IMG/VR virus record: IMGVR_UViG_3300033149_004564
Span: 2,382 to 66,381 of that record
Source: a virus
DNA: 64,000 nt
Reading direction: 5' to 3' (one strand)
Below are positions 54,530 through 64,000 of the stretch, in pieces (the first letter of the stretch is position 1; every line of letters starts with the position of its first letter). Position numbers and translations under genes: made by a program. The notes beneath the pieces are model-generated. The model did not search any database and was not told where the DNA came from. It worked only from the letters and a program-made list of their open reading frames with translations.

Positions 54530-56608
54530 TTAAGTATCAATTAATCCGTGCGTCCTGAGCCTTGCAAGTAGATCATTCAGTCGCGCCATTGTACTCGCTG
54601 GATCCGTAGCATCGGCAACCGCCGCACCCCGGGTTCCGAGAACCTTATCAGTATTTGTATCATAAAGACCAGTAGTATATTTAAGGGCTATCGCAGTTAC
54701 CGAAGTAAGATTTGACATTTCACGAGTACTATCACAAATTTCTGTTCCACCTATTCGTAAAGTGCCAGTCACTATATCGAAATGGCCCGTGGGCACTTTT
54801 ACAACATCTGATGATCCTAAAACCTTGAGAATCAAATCATTATTTGCTTGAATTCTAAGATCATAATTGCCAGCGGTATATGTACTATCAGGAACAATAA
54901 CACCACAACCCTCATAAGCGGCTGTAGTATGGATATAACGACCTATTGCTATTCCACTCCCATTTAAATCCATACGTCCACTAATAGATGAAGTCGGAAG
55001 ACCCAACACTGTTACCCCCGGATGAACGCTATAGCCAACATCCCCGGTTCCCGAAGTAATGGTGAGTGCTGCAAAGTGGGTCGTAACCGCCGTATTCCAC
55101 GCCTCAATGCCTGCATATCCGTAACTATCTTCTCCGATTGTTACCTTACGGGCCGCATCCCCAACCTGAATAATCAGCTTATCCGCATCTTTATCCCATT
55201 GCATATACTTGGTGGATGAACCAATTACTACATCCCCAACATCAGCACCACCAACCATCACTTTGAAAACATCCGCCCCCACATTGTCGATTACTTGTAT
55301 TCCCGTATTGACATCCGGGAATATCCGCACCCTGGCCCCGCTGGCTGCGCTGTTGTACGCCCCGCCGGTAGCGGTCAGTTTTGTATTAGCCACAGTATTA
55401 TCAGTAGCGCCAGCATTGGCAGGGGCGTTATTAGTGTTCAAAACATTTATATCACTTTCAGCATTACTTGCTGCTGCCCAACCAGAAGAAAAAGTACAAG
55501 AACCACTAATCGCTATTTTATTAGCTGCAATGTTTAATGTTCCACCATCCTCGTTGCTGGCGTTAATTGAAGCAATAACATTAGTATCTTGAACTGGAAT
55601 AAAAGCAAGGGCAGAAAGAATTACTGTACCAGTATAAATACTTCCACCATCAATTTGTGTTGTATCAGAACCGTGCGCCCAACCAGCAACAGAGGTTCCT
55701 AACAAACCATTTACATATGTTGTATCATTTGCTGTATTGCTTCCAGTAACATCTGCTCCACTTTCAGCAGGAGCGTGGGTTGTGTTCAAAACATCTATAT
55801 CAGATTCAGCATTAGATGCTGCTGCCCAACCAGAGCTAAAGGTTGTAGTACCAGCAATAGCAATTCTGTCAGCGGTAATATTAAGCCCCTCAGAACTTGC
55901 GTTAATCGTAGCAACTACATCATTTACTCCAGTTGCAGAATACAGTGGAGTAAAATTAAGAGTGCCAACATCAAGACTTCCAACTTGAATGTGTGCAGCA
56001 GTAAGTGTATTGGCTAAAACTTCATTTCCTGTTACTACATTTGCTGCTAATATATCTGTTGTAATTATAGTTTTAACGCCACCAGCGACACCACCAAAAG
56101 CTTGATATTCTGCACTCTTTCCTGTATCTCCGTTTGGAGCTACAACAGCTATAAGAACTTTACCGACACCATTAGCATTAGCACTATTCGTAGTTGTCTG
56201 TAGTGTGGTTGTGCTGACAGAATAGTCAAAATATACATATGTTACTGTTGCAATATCTCCAGTATTACCAGAAAGTATAGAATGCGTTGTGCCTTTGCTA
56301 AATCTTATAATACCACCTGTCCAAGCAACTGTATTATAATCTACAGAGCTAAACGTAGCATCAAAGCTCCACCCTTGTAAATCAAGCGGAACACCACCAC
56401 CACCGCCTCCGAACGTGTCAACGTACTTTTTATTCACCAGAGCATAATCTTCAACGGGATACGCAGATGGGCCGATAGGAAATTCATCAAAAGTTTTAAC
56501 ACCTTCAATAGTTTGTGCTATATTTGCAGTCAAAACGCATTTTGCGTTTAGATTGACCGTGGATATTTCATCTGAATTATGCCATTGGCTCATTATAAAG
56601 CCCCACAA
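54530..56608 (-). CDS. tail fibre or fibre-like virion protein
   Basis: G/T/A/S-rich; 'QTIEGVKTF', 'VNKKYVD'; internal duplicated 'FSSGWAAASNAESDI.VLNT..APA' unit. Confidence 0.78.
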   Translation of the reverse strand: MWGFIMSQWHNSDEISTVNLNAKCVLTANIAQTIEGVKTFDEFPIGPSAYPVEDYALVNKKYVDTFGGGGGGVPLDLQGWSFDATFSSVDYNTVAWTGGIIRFSKGTTHSILSGNTGDIATVTYVYFDYSVSTTTLQTTTNSANANGVGKVLIAVVAPNGDTGKSAEYQAFGGVAGGVKTIITTDILAANVVTGNEVLANTLTAAHIQVGSLDVGTLNFTPLYSATGVNDVVATINASSEGLNITADRIAIAGTTTFSSGWAAASNAESDIDVLNTTHAPAESGADVTGSNTANDTTYVNGLLGTSVAGWAHGSDTTQIDGGSIYTGTVILSALAFIPVQDTNVIASINASNEDGGTLNIAANKIAISGSCTFSSGWAAASNAESDINVLNTNNAPANAGATDNTVANTKLTATGGAYNSAASGARVRIFPDVNTGIQVIDNVGADVFKVMVGGADVGDVVIGSSTKYMQWDKDADKLIIQVGDAARKVTIGEDSYGYAGIEAWNTAVTTHFAALTITSGTGDVGYSVHPGVTVLGLPTSSISGRMDLNGSGIAIGRYIHTTAAYEGCGVIVPDSTYTAGNYDLRIQANNDLILKVLGSSDVVKVPTGHFDIVTGTLRIGGTEICDSTREMSNLTSVTAIALKYTTGLYDTNTDKVLGTRGAAVADATDPASTMARLNDLLARLRTHGLIDT

Positions 56609-56653
56609 AAGAGATAATTTTTATTTACTATTCAATACTATAAAGTCCCAATT

Positions 56654-57829
56654 TTAGTACTCAGAATACAGGTTTCCTGAACGCGAATTTTGAAACATTG
56701 CCAAGACTGGGCCGTCCTTAATCGGCGTAACATCTTTCAACTGCGTTGCAGAATCAGTCCAGCCAGAAGGAATACTTGCAACAGGACAGCGAAAAGCTTT
56801 GCCTTCTATCATATGATTAGCCAATCCTGGACCGCCCACGTTGGGTGTCGGCACATCAAAATAGTCTATCTTGGGCAGAAACAATCCAAATTGATAATAT
56901 TTACCTGTAGAACCTATCTGTGGGCCTATGTATTCAATTGAGACATACTCTGCATTACCTGAGTCTTTTTTGTCGAGCCACGTGTCTGCCTCGTAGCGAG
57001 GAAGCTCAAAACTAAACGTACACTGTATAAAATCATTTCTCATCGGTTCAAGAATGAGCTGACTATCAGCAGTTCTACTATCAACAGCAAGTAAGTTTTG
57101 AATAACAAGCTCCCAACGAGTAACATAAATAACAGTTGTTTCTACTGTTACTGCTAATTGCGCTGGTTTAATAATCAAATCATCATAGCTGTTTTGTAGG
57201 TTTGTTTTAAGTGTCCACGCAGCAGAATTATAATCATTACGAGCCTCAGTTTGTGCAACTATATCTAAAGAGGCTTGTATTGACTCTGTATCACCAGTAA
57301 GAGTAAGCTGATTTATCATAGCATCTGTGAGCCTATAATCTGAAACTTGCCTTGAAAGCCCAAGAGTGAAAGCACGAACTTTCTTGTCAGCGGCAGACCA
57401 TGTGCCACCACCCGCACCTGAAGTCATTCTGTCCTCACCAGCAGTCCAGCCGTATCGTTCTGCTGTATCATCACACTCATAGACATGCTTGTAAACACCA
57501 GTAGCATAATTATGGGGAGAACCACCCTGATCATCATCGTTTGGGTTCTCATACCCAAGAGCAAGAGCGATTAAATCTTCTATACCACCCTCATAAAACA
57601 GTGGTAACACAATATTACCTGAAACTGTATGCCCAGTTTGATATGAGACTTGTCTACCATACGAACCATCAATAATATCTGGTATATTTACTGCACGTTC
57701 TCCGCTAATCTCAGCAGATATAAAAGGAACCTGATCGTTTGCACCAAGCGTTTCTGCATCACCAAAAGTTGATTGCGTCTCGCCCTTTTGGAATGACATT
57801 TTGGACAGGGCACCATTAAAATCAGCCAT
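56654..57829 (-). CDS. major tail tube protein, paralog 2
   Basis: MADFNG..K...GE...FG; 'PNVGGPG'; similar to 57845-58789. Confidence 0.72.
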   Translation of the reverse strand: MADFNGALSKMSFQKGETQSTFGDAETLGANDQVPFISAEISGERAVNIPDIIDGSYGRQVSYQTGHTVSGNIVLPLFYEGGIEDLIALALGYENPNDDDQGGSPHNYATGVYKHVYECDDTAERYGWTAGEDRMTSGAGGGTWSAADKKVRAFTLGLSRQVSDYRLTDAMINQLTLTGDTESIQASLDIVAQTEARNDYNSAAWTLKTNLQNSYDDLIIKPAQLAVTVETTVIYVTRWELVIQNLLAVDSRTADSQLILEPMRNDFIQCTFSFELPRYEADTWLDKKDSGNAEYVSIEYIGPQIGSTGKYYQFGLFLPKIDYFDVPTPNVGGPGLANHMIEGKAFRCPVASIPSGWTDSATQLKDVTPIKDGPVLAMFQNSRSGNLYSEY

Positions 57830-57844
57830 AATAACCCCAAAGTT

Positions 57845-58789
57845 TTATGTTTCGATTGTAAGTCGAACTTCTTTAGTAATTGCCGATAAATTAGTATTAC
57901 GAGCAGCATTTAGATATGCAGTAAGCTCTATCGGCACTCCAGCAGGACCGGGCCCGCTGATAGGAACATTTGGTATCTGGGTTATTTTAAGAACTGGCAA
58001 TTGAATTAAAGCATTATTACTACCAGTACCGGGGATAGTAAAATCCATTTGCAATAGAGTTTCAGCAGCTTCCCACGTTGCATACTGATCTGTATCATAT
58101 CTTGCAATTTCACCAGTTACTTTTATTTCCCTAAAACCAGACTTCAAATGCTCTAATGGCAAATCAGAATTTGAACGATAAGCACCATCATCAAGATTAT
58201 GGTTAATCTCGATTGAAGCGTTTGTCATATAAATTTGATCATCATCATCAAGTGCTGCATCTTGTATAGCCAATCTTATCTTTGTTGAATCAAATGCCCA
58301 CGGCTCAGAACTGGTCAATGAAATACCAGCAAAAGCTGTAGCAACACGATCTGAATCTTTAGACTTGAAATTAAAAGTACCTATCCAGTTTTCACCGGCA
58401 GAACCAGCAAGGGTGAAACTATTTATTTTTGCTCCAAGTGCTTGAAAACGACTAACCGTTTTTTCAATCCAAAGAGTCAGTGAAAGGTGTTCGGTCTCTA
58501 CAAGATCGTAAACACCACTTGATTCAGAACCAAACGCAGCCTCAAAAAGCAAATCATTGTTATCATAGTCCATTTCAATTTCTAAATCACCAGCAACAGT
58601 TTTGTTACCTCTTCTATCTTCTCTCTGTGCAGCAGTACCATCAAGGATTGGAGATGCTACCCTTGCAATCTCTGGACTAATACCTTCAGATAGCAAGCGT
58701 AACATTTCAGTTGCAGTAGCAACAGTACCATAAGCAGAAGTCTCTTCACCAATCCCAAGTTTTCCTAATACACCGTTAAACGTGCTCAC
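57845..58789 (-). CDS. major tail tube protein, paralog 1
   Basis: 'GIGEETSAYGT', 'GAKINSFTL', 'PISGPG'; follows the tail terminator. Confidence 0.78.
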   Translation of the reverse strand: MSTFNGVLGKLGIGEETSAYGTVATATEMLRLLSEGISPEIARVASPILDGTAAQREDRRGNKTVAGDLEIEMDYDNNDLLFEAAFGSESSGVYDLVETEHLSLTLWIEKTVSRFQALGAKINSFTLAGSAGENWIGTFNFKSKDSDRVATAFAGISLTSSEPWAFDSTKIRLAIQDAALDDDDQIYMTNASIEINHNLDDGAYRSNSDLPLEHLKSGFREIKVTGEIARYDTDQYATWEAAETLLQMDFTIPGTGSNNALIQLPVLKITQIPNVPISGPGPAGVPIELTAYLNAARNTNLSAITKEVRLTIET

Positions 58790-58823
58790 AATAACACTCC
58801 TTTTTAATTAACAATTTGTTTTC

Positions 58824-59291
58824 TTACCACGCATTGTAAAGGTGTTTGAACGAAAGTGTGATAGCTATCCCACCTTGTATTTTTTCTGCACCTTCAATAA
58901 TAGCAATGTCCTCTTTTGTTGGTTCAAAATGGTGTATTATACTAAATTCTTGGTCTATAAGGGCTGTAGATAATCTATTTAAAACGTCTTGTTTCATTTT
59001 TTCAACAATATCCTCTTTATCTTCATCAGCTACCTCTGATGATGTGTCTTTTGTAATTACAATATAAATATTCAATTCTCTTTCAAAAGTTCTGTTAGCA
59101 AGTATTTTATCATCTACATTAAGTTGTCTAATTTCAATTGTTGGATAAATATCTACTGCTAATGCTGAATGATCAAGTTGTCCACGCGCAACCTTACCAT
59201 AAGTATAATTATATGTGTCTCCAGATTCAATAGAAGATAGAGCAGTTTTAATTTCTTCTAAAGCAGTTGTTATTTTAGATTCAGTAACCAT
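58824..59291 (-). CDS. tail terminator-like protein
   Basis: size, position and 'YPTIEI' motif. Confidence 0.6.
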   Translation of the reverse strand: MVTESKITTALEEIKTALSSIESGDTYNYTYGKVARGQLDHSALAVDIYPTIEIRQLNVDDKILANRTFERELNIYIVITKDTSSEVADEDKEDIVEKMKQDVLNRLSTALIDQEFSIIHHFEPTKEDIAIIEGAEKIQGGIAITLSFKHLYNAW

Positions 59292-59294
59292 AAA

Positions 59295-59855
59295 TTATAT
59301 CCTCTTTTTCATATGCTTTTTAAAATAACCACCAAATTTTTTATACAATTTATTCAGCTTTGCAGTATCACCAACAATTGGTTCTAAAAATGGTCTACGA
59401 GTCATACCAGCAACAGAACTTTTAAATGACAAACTTTGAGTAAATTCTTTTCCATATATTTCTTCTTTTATTGTACCGCGTCCAGAAGCTCCTCTACGAC
59501 CTGTGCCAAATTCAAGATATTTATCATATGGCCCATCTTCTAATTCTTTTCTAAAACTACCAAGCAACCCTACAACTTTACCAGCTATTCTAACTACACG
59601 ACCAATTATATTACCTTTCAAATTGCCTGCTACAACAGAAGGAAAACCAAAGGGTTTAGAACCACCAGCAGTAATTTTTCCTTTACTATCTTTTCTGACT
59701 GGTACTTTAGACATTTCACGCTTAATTGTATTAGCAGAAGAAAGTACAAGTTGGTTCATTGCTCTTGCTTCTGCTGTTTTCAAGTTTTTGCCATAAAGAA
59801 GTTTAAATTTTCTTCTAACTTCAGCAAGATTTTTTATGTGTAACATAGTAGCCAT
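59295..59855 (-). CDS. HK97 gp10-like neck/tail completion protein
   Basis: 'GNLKGNI', 'Y.KYLEFGT', 'M..RPFLEP'. Confidence 0.8.
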   Translation of the reverse strand: MATMLHIKNLAEVRRKFKLLYGKNLKTAEARAMNQLVLSSANTIKREMSKVPVRKDSKGKITAGGSKPFGFPSVVAGNLKGNIIGRVVRIAGKVVGLLGSFRKELEDGPYDKYLEFGTGRRGASGRGTIKEEIYGKEFTQSLSFKSSVAGMTRRPFLEPIVGDTAKLNKLYKKFGGYFKKHMKKRI

Positions 59856-60778
59856 TAAACTACCACAATTCTTTTATATCTCTGGAGAACCGCTTTTGTA
59901 TCAGCAGGTAAATCTTTAACAACATAAGTTGTAGTTGCAGAATCAACTTGGGTTGATCGTCTTGTTTCTTGTATAATACCAATACGCTTACCGCCAATAA
60001 ACGATCTTAAATATTCAATTGCAGTAAGTTTGATTCCTTCTAATCGTATATCCTCCGGTATATCAGTCCACCCATAAGTATATGTTATTTTAATACTTCG
60101 TCTGCCCGACCGCCAAGAGCCTGAATTATAAAGTACAATCCCACTATCTGGCTCAAATGTATAGTTATCACTATCTACAAGAGAAACAGCATCCCAATCC
60201 CAATTTATATCATAGTAAATACTATCTATTTCAGATATAGGATAATTCTTTAGAAGTAATTCACTATCACTTGGCCCATCATAATACTCGGTAATCTCTT
60301 GCACATCTAATTTTCTTTTCATATACCTTTCAAATGAAACTGTAACAGCCTCAAGAATTAATTGAAGTTGGTCATTTAAACGGTTGGTTTTAAACTGATT
60401 GTTAGTAGTGCCAACAAAGAATAATTTACTTACTCCAAGAACATCGGTAGCAGGAACATCAGTAAGGGTTAAAACAACACCATCTGTAGCTGCATAAAGA
60501 TATGTAAACCACCCACTAAGTGCATCAATATAATCTGCCATCTCACCAAATGTGTCCCATGCTGTTCTACCCGCATTACTTGGATCATAATCAATAGTAT
60601 AAACAGCAGCATCAACTCCACCAACTATTGTCAAAACTACTTTATTTCCACCTATTTGTACTGTTGCTGATGTTGCATCAGTAGAAGTACAATAGATAGA
60701 GAAAGCAACAGTAGCTGGTTCAATATTTAAATAGTTTCTTAAATCCTCAAAAGAAGCAACAAGCCGATTAACTGACAT
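59855..60778 (-). CDS. head-tail adaptor (gp6-like) with inserted domain
   Basis: 'FEDLRNYLNI'...'LEAVTVSFERYMKR', 'ITYTYGW..IPEDI', 'VLQRYKR'. Confidence 0.75.
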   Translation of the reverse strand: MSVNRLVASFEDLRNYLNIEPATVAFSIYCTSTDATSATVQIGGNKVVLTIVGGVDAAVYTIDYDPSNAGRTAWDTFGEMADYIDALSGWFTYLYAATDGVVLTLTDVPATDVLGVSKLFFVGTTNNQFKTNRLNDQLQLILEAVTVSFERYMKRKLDVQEITEYYDGPSDSELLLKNYPISEIDSIYYDINWDWDAVSLVDSDNYTFEPDSGIVLYNSGSWRSGRRSIKITYTYGWTDIPEDIRLEGIKLTAIEYLRSFIGGKRIGIIQETRRSTQVDSATTTYVVKDLPADTKAVLQRYKRIVVV

Positions 60779-60783
60779 AATTA

Positions 60784-61098
60784 TTAACCCCCAGTATCAC
60801 TTGCTAATTTTGTGATTAAAATTGATGTTAAAGTATCAAGTTGCTCTTTTATACTTTTCAGTTGTTCTTTCCCCTCACTTGCTTTTTCTTCTAATCGAAC
60901 AACCTTAGAATCAATTCCTACTTGCATTAATTCAAAATTTGCTGTGTATCGTAAATTATAAATAGTTAGTGTTAAAAAAATCATAATTAATCCATAAAGC
61001 ACTTGCATAGATCGTTGTGAACAAAATTTAGGATAATATTCACGATCAAGATACAATTTAAATTTCGCTTGGTTTGGACTTAAATCAGAATCTTTCAT
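60784..61098 (-). CDS. TM plus coiled-coil protein (holin/spanin-like)
   Basis: one TM followed by heptads. Confidence 0.45.
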   Translation of the reverse strand: MKDSDLSPNQAKFKLYLDREYYPKFCSQRSMQVLYGLIMIFLTLTIYNLRYTANFELMQVGIDSKVVRLEEKASEGKEQLKSIKEQLDTLTSILITKLASDTGG

Positions 61099-61427
61099 TA
61101 TATATCTCCACCTAATAAAATAGGAATCAATGTAGTATCACTTTTTGTGTTTGAATTATTTAAATCTTCTTTTATATTTATAATATCTAAGCTGTCCAAT
61201 AAAACAATTATTTTATTAATTTCTTTTTGTATATCTTCAATAGCTTGTTCATTTTGATCGTATTTAATAATTAAACTATTAACACTATGTAAGGTTTTTG
61301 TAGCGTTTAATTTTGTAGTATCTAAAACAAGTTTAGTAACTATCTCTTTATTAGTTTTCATTGTATCTGGAGCAGCAAATATTACAACTGCAACAAATAT
61401 ACAAGATATCAATAATAACTTATACAT
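61098..61427 (-). CDS. signal-peptide coiled-coil protein
   Basis: MYKLLLISCIFVAVVIFA; four D-S/T-x sequons. Confidence 0.6.
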   Translation of the reverse strand: MYKLLLISCIFVAVVIFAAPDTMKTNKEIVTKLVLDTTKLNATKTLHSVNSLIIKYDQNEQAIEDIQKEINKIIVLLDSLDIINIKEDLNNSNTKSDTTLIPILLGGDI

Positions 61428-61466
61428 TTATAAATCTCCTATTTTAATTTAATACTCTGAGTCTCT

Positions 61467-63048
61467 TCACTTTCTTGTGTTTACTGTTCGCCCATCAACT
61501 ATCAATGCGCCACCAACGGCAGGGGTCTCTATTGTTTTCCACGCGCCGAAGCTCTTACCTCCGCAGCGTGGCTCCCTGTTTCCGTGATAGTGGTCGTATC
61601 GGCATCATTCCCCAGTGTCATATACTCAAAACCCCAACTGGTCATATTCGCACCGCCAACGGAATCAGCATTGGCGTGGAGAATCACCGTTACCATATCG
61701 AGATTGAGCGAATCAGCGGTCGTTATTCCCGGCTGATATTTTTCTTCGTAATAAACTACAATATAAGGTGCCTCACCTGCGCCCAATGACCAAATTGATC
61801 TCCAGTCCAGTCCTGACGGCTCTACATTCTTATGATCTTGCCGATCCATCATAAAAAGCTTCAAACTATCACCGAGAGCATTCTGTATCCCCGTCTTGCC
61901 ATCAGCCGTAAAAAGACGGCTATAAAACACTCCCTCAGAAGAACCAGAATTAACTATAAAAGGCTCGGTATATTTTACTACATTGGGGTACGCAACATCC
62001 CCCGCCGCATGGCCCGTAAACTCTGTCAACCAGACCGAATCAATAGAACCGCCCGTAAGCGTGGCCTCAAGTATATCCACTGTATCATTTCCTACGGGGT
62101 TGGTTGTTAGCCACACATTCAAATATGCAGAATCAACCACCCCTCCCTGTATCGCTGACAAATCAAAAACTAAACCGGCGCGTGCCATATAAAAATAACC
62201 CACAGCTTCATACGTACCTATATTGGCGGAAGTCGTACTAAACGCATACCCCATCGTATCAGCCCTTGTGGTTGCATACGTTGGGGTTTCATGCGCTCTA
62301 AATGCACCAGCGGTTGTTAAAGAGGTATCATTAATAACTGAGGGATCAAACCAAACAGAGTCACCCGCTACAATGGTGCCCAGCATTACGATCAGGCTAT
62401 CGGCGGTAAACTGCGCTGTAAAGTCAACGGCCTCCTTCTTCTTATTCCACGCCTTTAGCTTACCGAGCCGCATTCGTTCAACGCCTTCAATGCTCTTGAT
62501 AACCGCTCCATCTGACAGCACAGTCTTTGCCAGCGCACCGATAAGGTTGTACTTCCACGCCAACCGGGTAGGAGATTTGCTTGTTAGAATCAGGGTCTCT
62601 TTCACCCCGCTCGAAGTAATGTCAAACTCAACATCAATCCCAGCAGTGGAAGAATCGGGAATGAACTCAACGGACGTTCCCAGCCTTTCATATTTATACT
62701 TGCCCGGCCGAGTCTTGCTGTAAGTAACCTCGAACCGTCCGGCGTTGACTTTCGTGTCGTAGTCGCCTGCTTTTGAGGCTCCCAGAATTGAAGTCTCAGT
62801 GAACCGATAAGGAACCATCGTACCCGCAGAATCCCAGTTGATCGGGGGGGAACCAGATAAGCCATAATGAATCGCCCGCTGCCAATAGAATCGACCTCAT
62901 ACGTCACGCTGTTTATCGTACCTTTGCTGACCCGCCGGATAGTGTTAATCGGCTGAACCGGCTCTTTGCTCTTGGTTACTTTCAGATCCCCAGCCAGCAA
63001 CAGGGAAGGCAATAGCAAGGCCAGCAATGTCAATATGCTTTTCCGCAT
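61467..63048 (-). pseudogene. exported DNRLRE-like plus FN3-like protein broken by two apparent frameshifts (ORFs 62602-63069 and 61529-62818)
   Basis: signal peptide MRKSILTLLALLLPSLLLA; frame change at the G7 tract 62844-62850; 'RAGLVFDLSAI...VDSAYL'; FN3-type end 'GKSFGAWKTIETP' in a shifted frame. Confidence 0.65.
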
Positions 63049-63050
63049 GG

Positions 63051-64000
63051 TCAATCCTCCCATAGCCACGGGTGCGGGTCAATTTCAATATCAATCGTGG
63101 TTGAATCCTCTGTCGTCCATCCGTAGTTCTGCATCTTCTTTGTATTGCTTCGCAGCGAATCCGTGAGGCTCACCCCGCCAGCGGTAACTGAATCGCTCAC
63201 TATCTTGAGACCCGCCGTTGGAAAGTTGTACCACGATATCGTTAACAGCCCTGTTTTCTGGAAGCGGCCTGTCGCGCCCTTATTCACAGAATCAACGGCA
63301 AAGCCTCGCGCCACAATCGAGGTTGAAGTATCGGCCCGATACCACCTGTCATCCGATTTCAGGTAGTAGGCCCGGCCCGGACTTAAAGTATCCCCGGCCT
63401 CGCCGTAATGGTATTTCAGGCTGTCAACCTCAGTTTCAAGATTAGCTATTAGGCCCTGATTCACAACCACAGAATCCATAGTACTATCTATACCAGATTC
63501 TAAGTCAGCTATTAATCCCTGATTCACCACTACAGTATCTACAATAGAATCTAATCCAGTTTGCAAGCTATCAATACCTGCCTCAGCAATATTTAATCAG
63601 CTATGTTTAATGCGGTATTAATAGAATCAGTTGCAGATTGTAAACTATCTATACCAGATTCAGCTATATTTACATCTTCTAATACAGAATCAAGTCCAGT
63701 TTGTAATGAATCAATATCAGCTTCTGCTGCGTTCAAGTCCGTGCCTATAGAATCTGTAGCAGATTGTAAACTATCTATACCAGCTTCTGCTATATTTACA
63801 TCAGTTTGTAAAGTAGAAATTAGGCCCTGATTCACAACCACAGTATCCATAGTAGAATCAAGTCCAGTTTGAAGCTTTGTTATATTACTTGTAAGTGTAC
63901 CAGTTAAACTCCATACCTCATCTAAAGAATCCTCAATTTCAATATAAACATCAGCAAATGTTGGTAATGCCGCAATGTCAGAAACATTATCTGACACATT
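63051..64000 (-). CDS. coiled-coil repeat fibre with capsid-decoration-like C-terminal domain; starts beyond the window; frameshift near 63595
   Basis: repeats NIAEAGIDSLQ / LDS..D.VVVNQGLI in both ORF pieces; C-terminal 'GEAGDTL..G.AYYLKSD..WY.AD'. Confidence 0.7.

Noticed and set aside
62844-62850. +1 frameshift at CCC-C promoted by the A37 tRNA-Pro
   Set aside because: Joining the two ORFs needs a -1 shift, not +1
47161-64000. Numerous plus-strand ORFs over the structural genes (and likewise over the replication genes)
   Set aside because: Antisense shadows of long minus-strand genes with no motifs or SD support

Overview
A 64-kb slice of a large, AT-rich tailed dsDNA phage (siphovirus-like: tail tube, chaperones and tape measure, no sheath seen). 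Almost all genes are on the minus strand. From left to right: (1) a non-coding repeat region; (2) a FliA-like sigma factor and a GC-richer accessory island (~3.6-8.7 kb); (3) DNA methyltransferase, MazG-like protein, TerS, HslV-like peptidase, tRNA-Pro and several stem-closed small RNA candidates; (4) a replication/recombination block with split SbcC, SbcD, RuvC, RtcB, RecA, SSB, clamp loader, UDG-PolA fusion, sliding clamp, QueC-like protein, primase, SNF2 helicase and DnaB; (5) a divergent AT-rich origin-like region; (6) a short plus-strand block with HNH genes and a second sigma-like gene; (7) a tail/neck module. Two lone-TnpB IS200/IS605 elements are inserted. The main leads are: signal-peptide and virion-type proteins densely packed with the FCB-type O-glycosylation sequon D-(S/T)-(A/I/L/M/T/V); a ~310-nt tRNA-ended, pseudoknot-rich RNA with alanine identity elements (tmRNA-like); a family of stem-closed RNAs with shared ends and different interiors; and a lipoprotein carrying the tail-fibre C-terminal motif. 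All calls come from reading motifs by eye; no searches were run.
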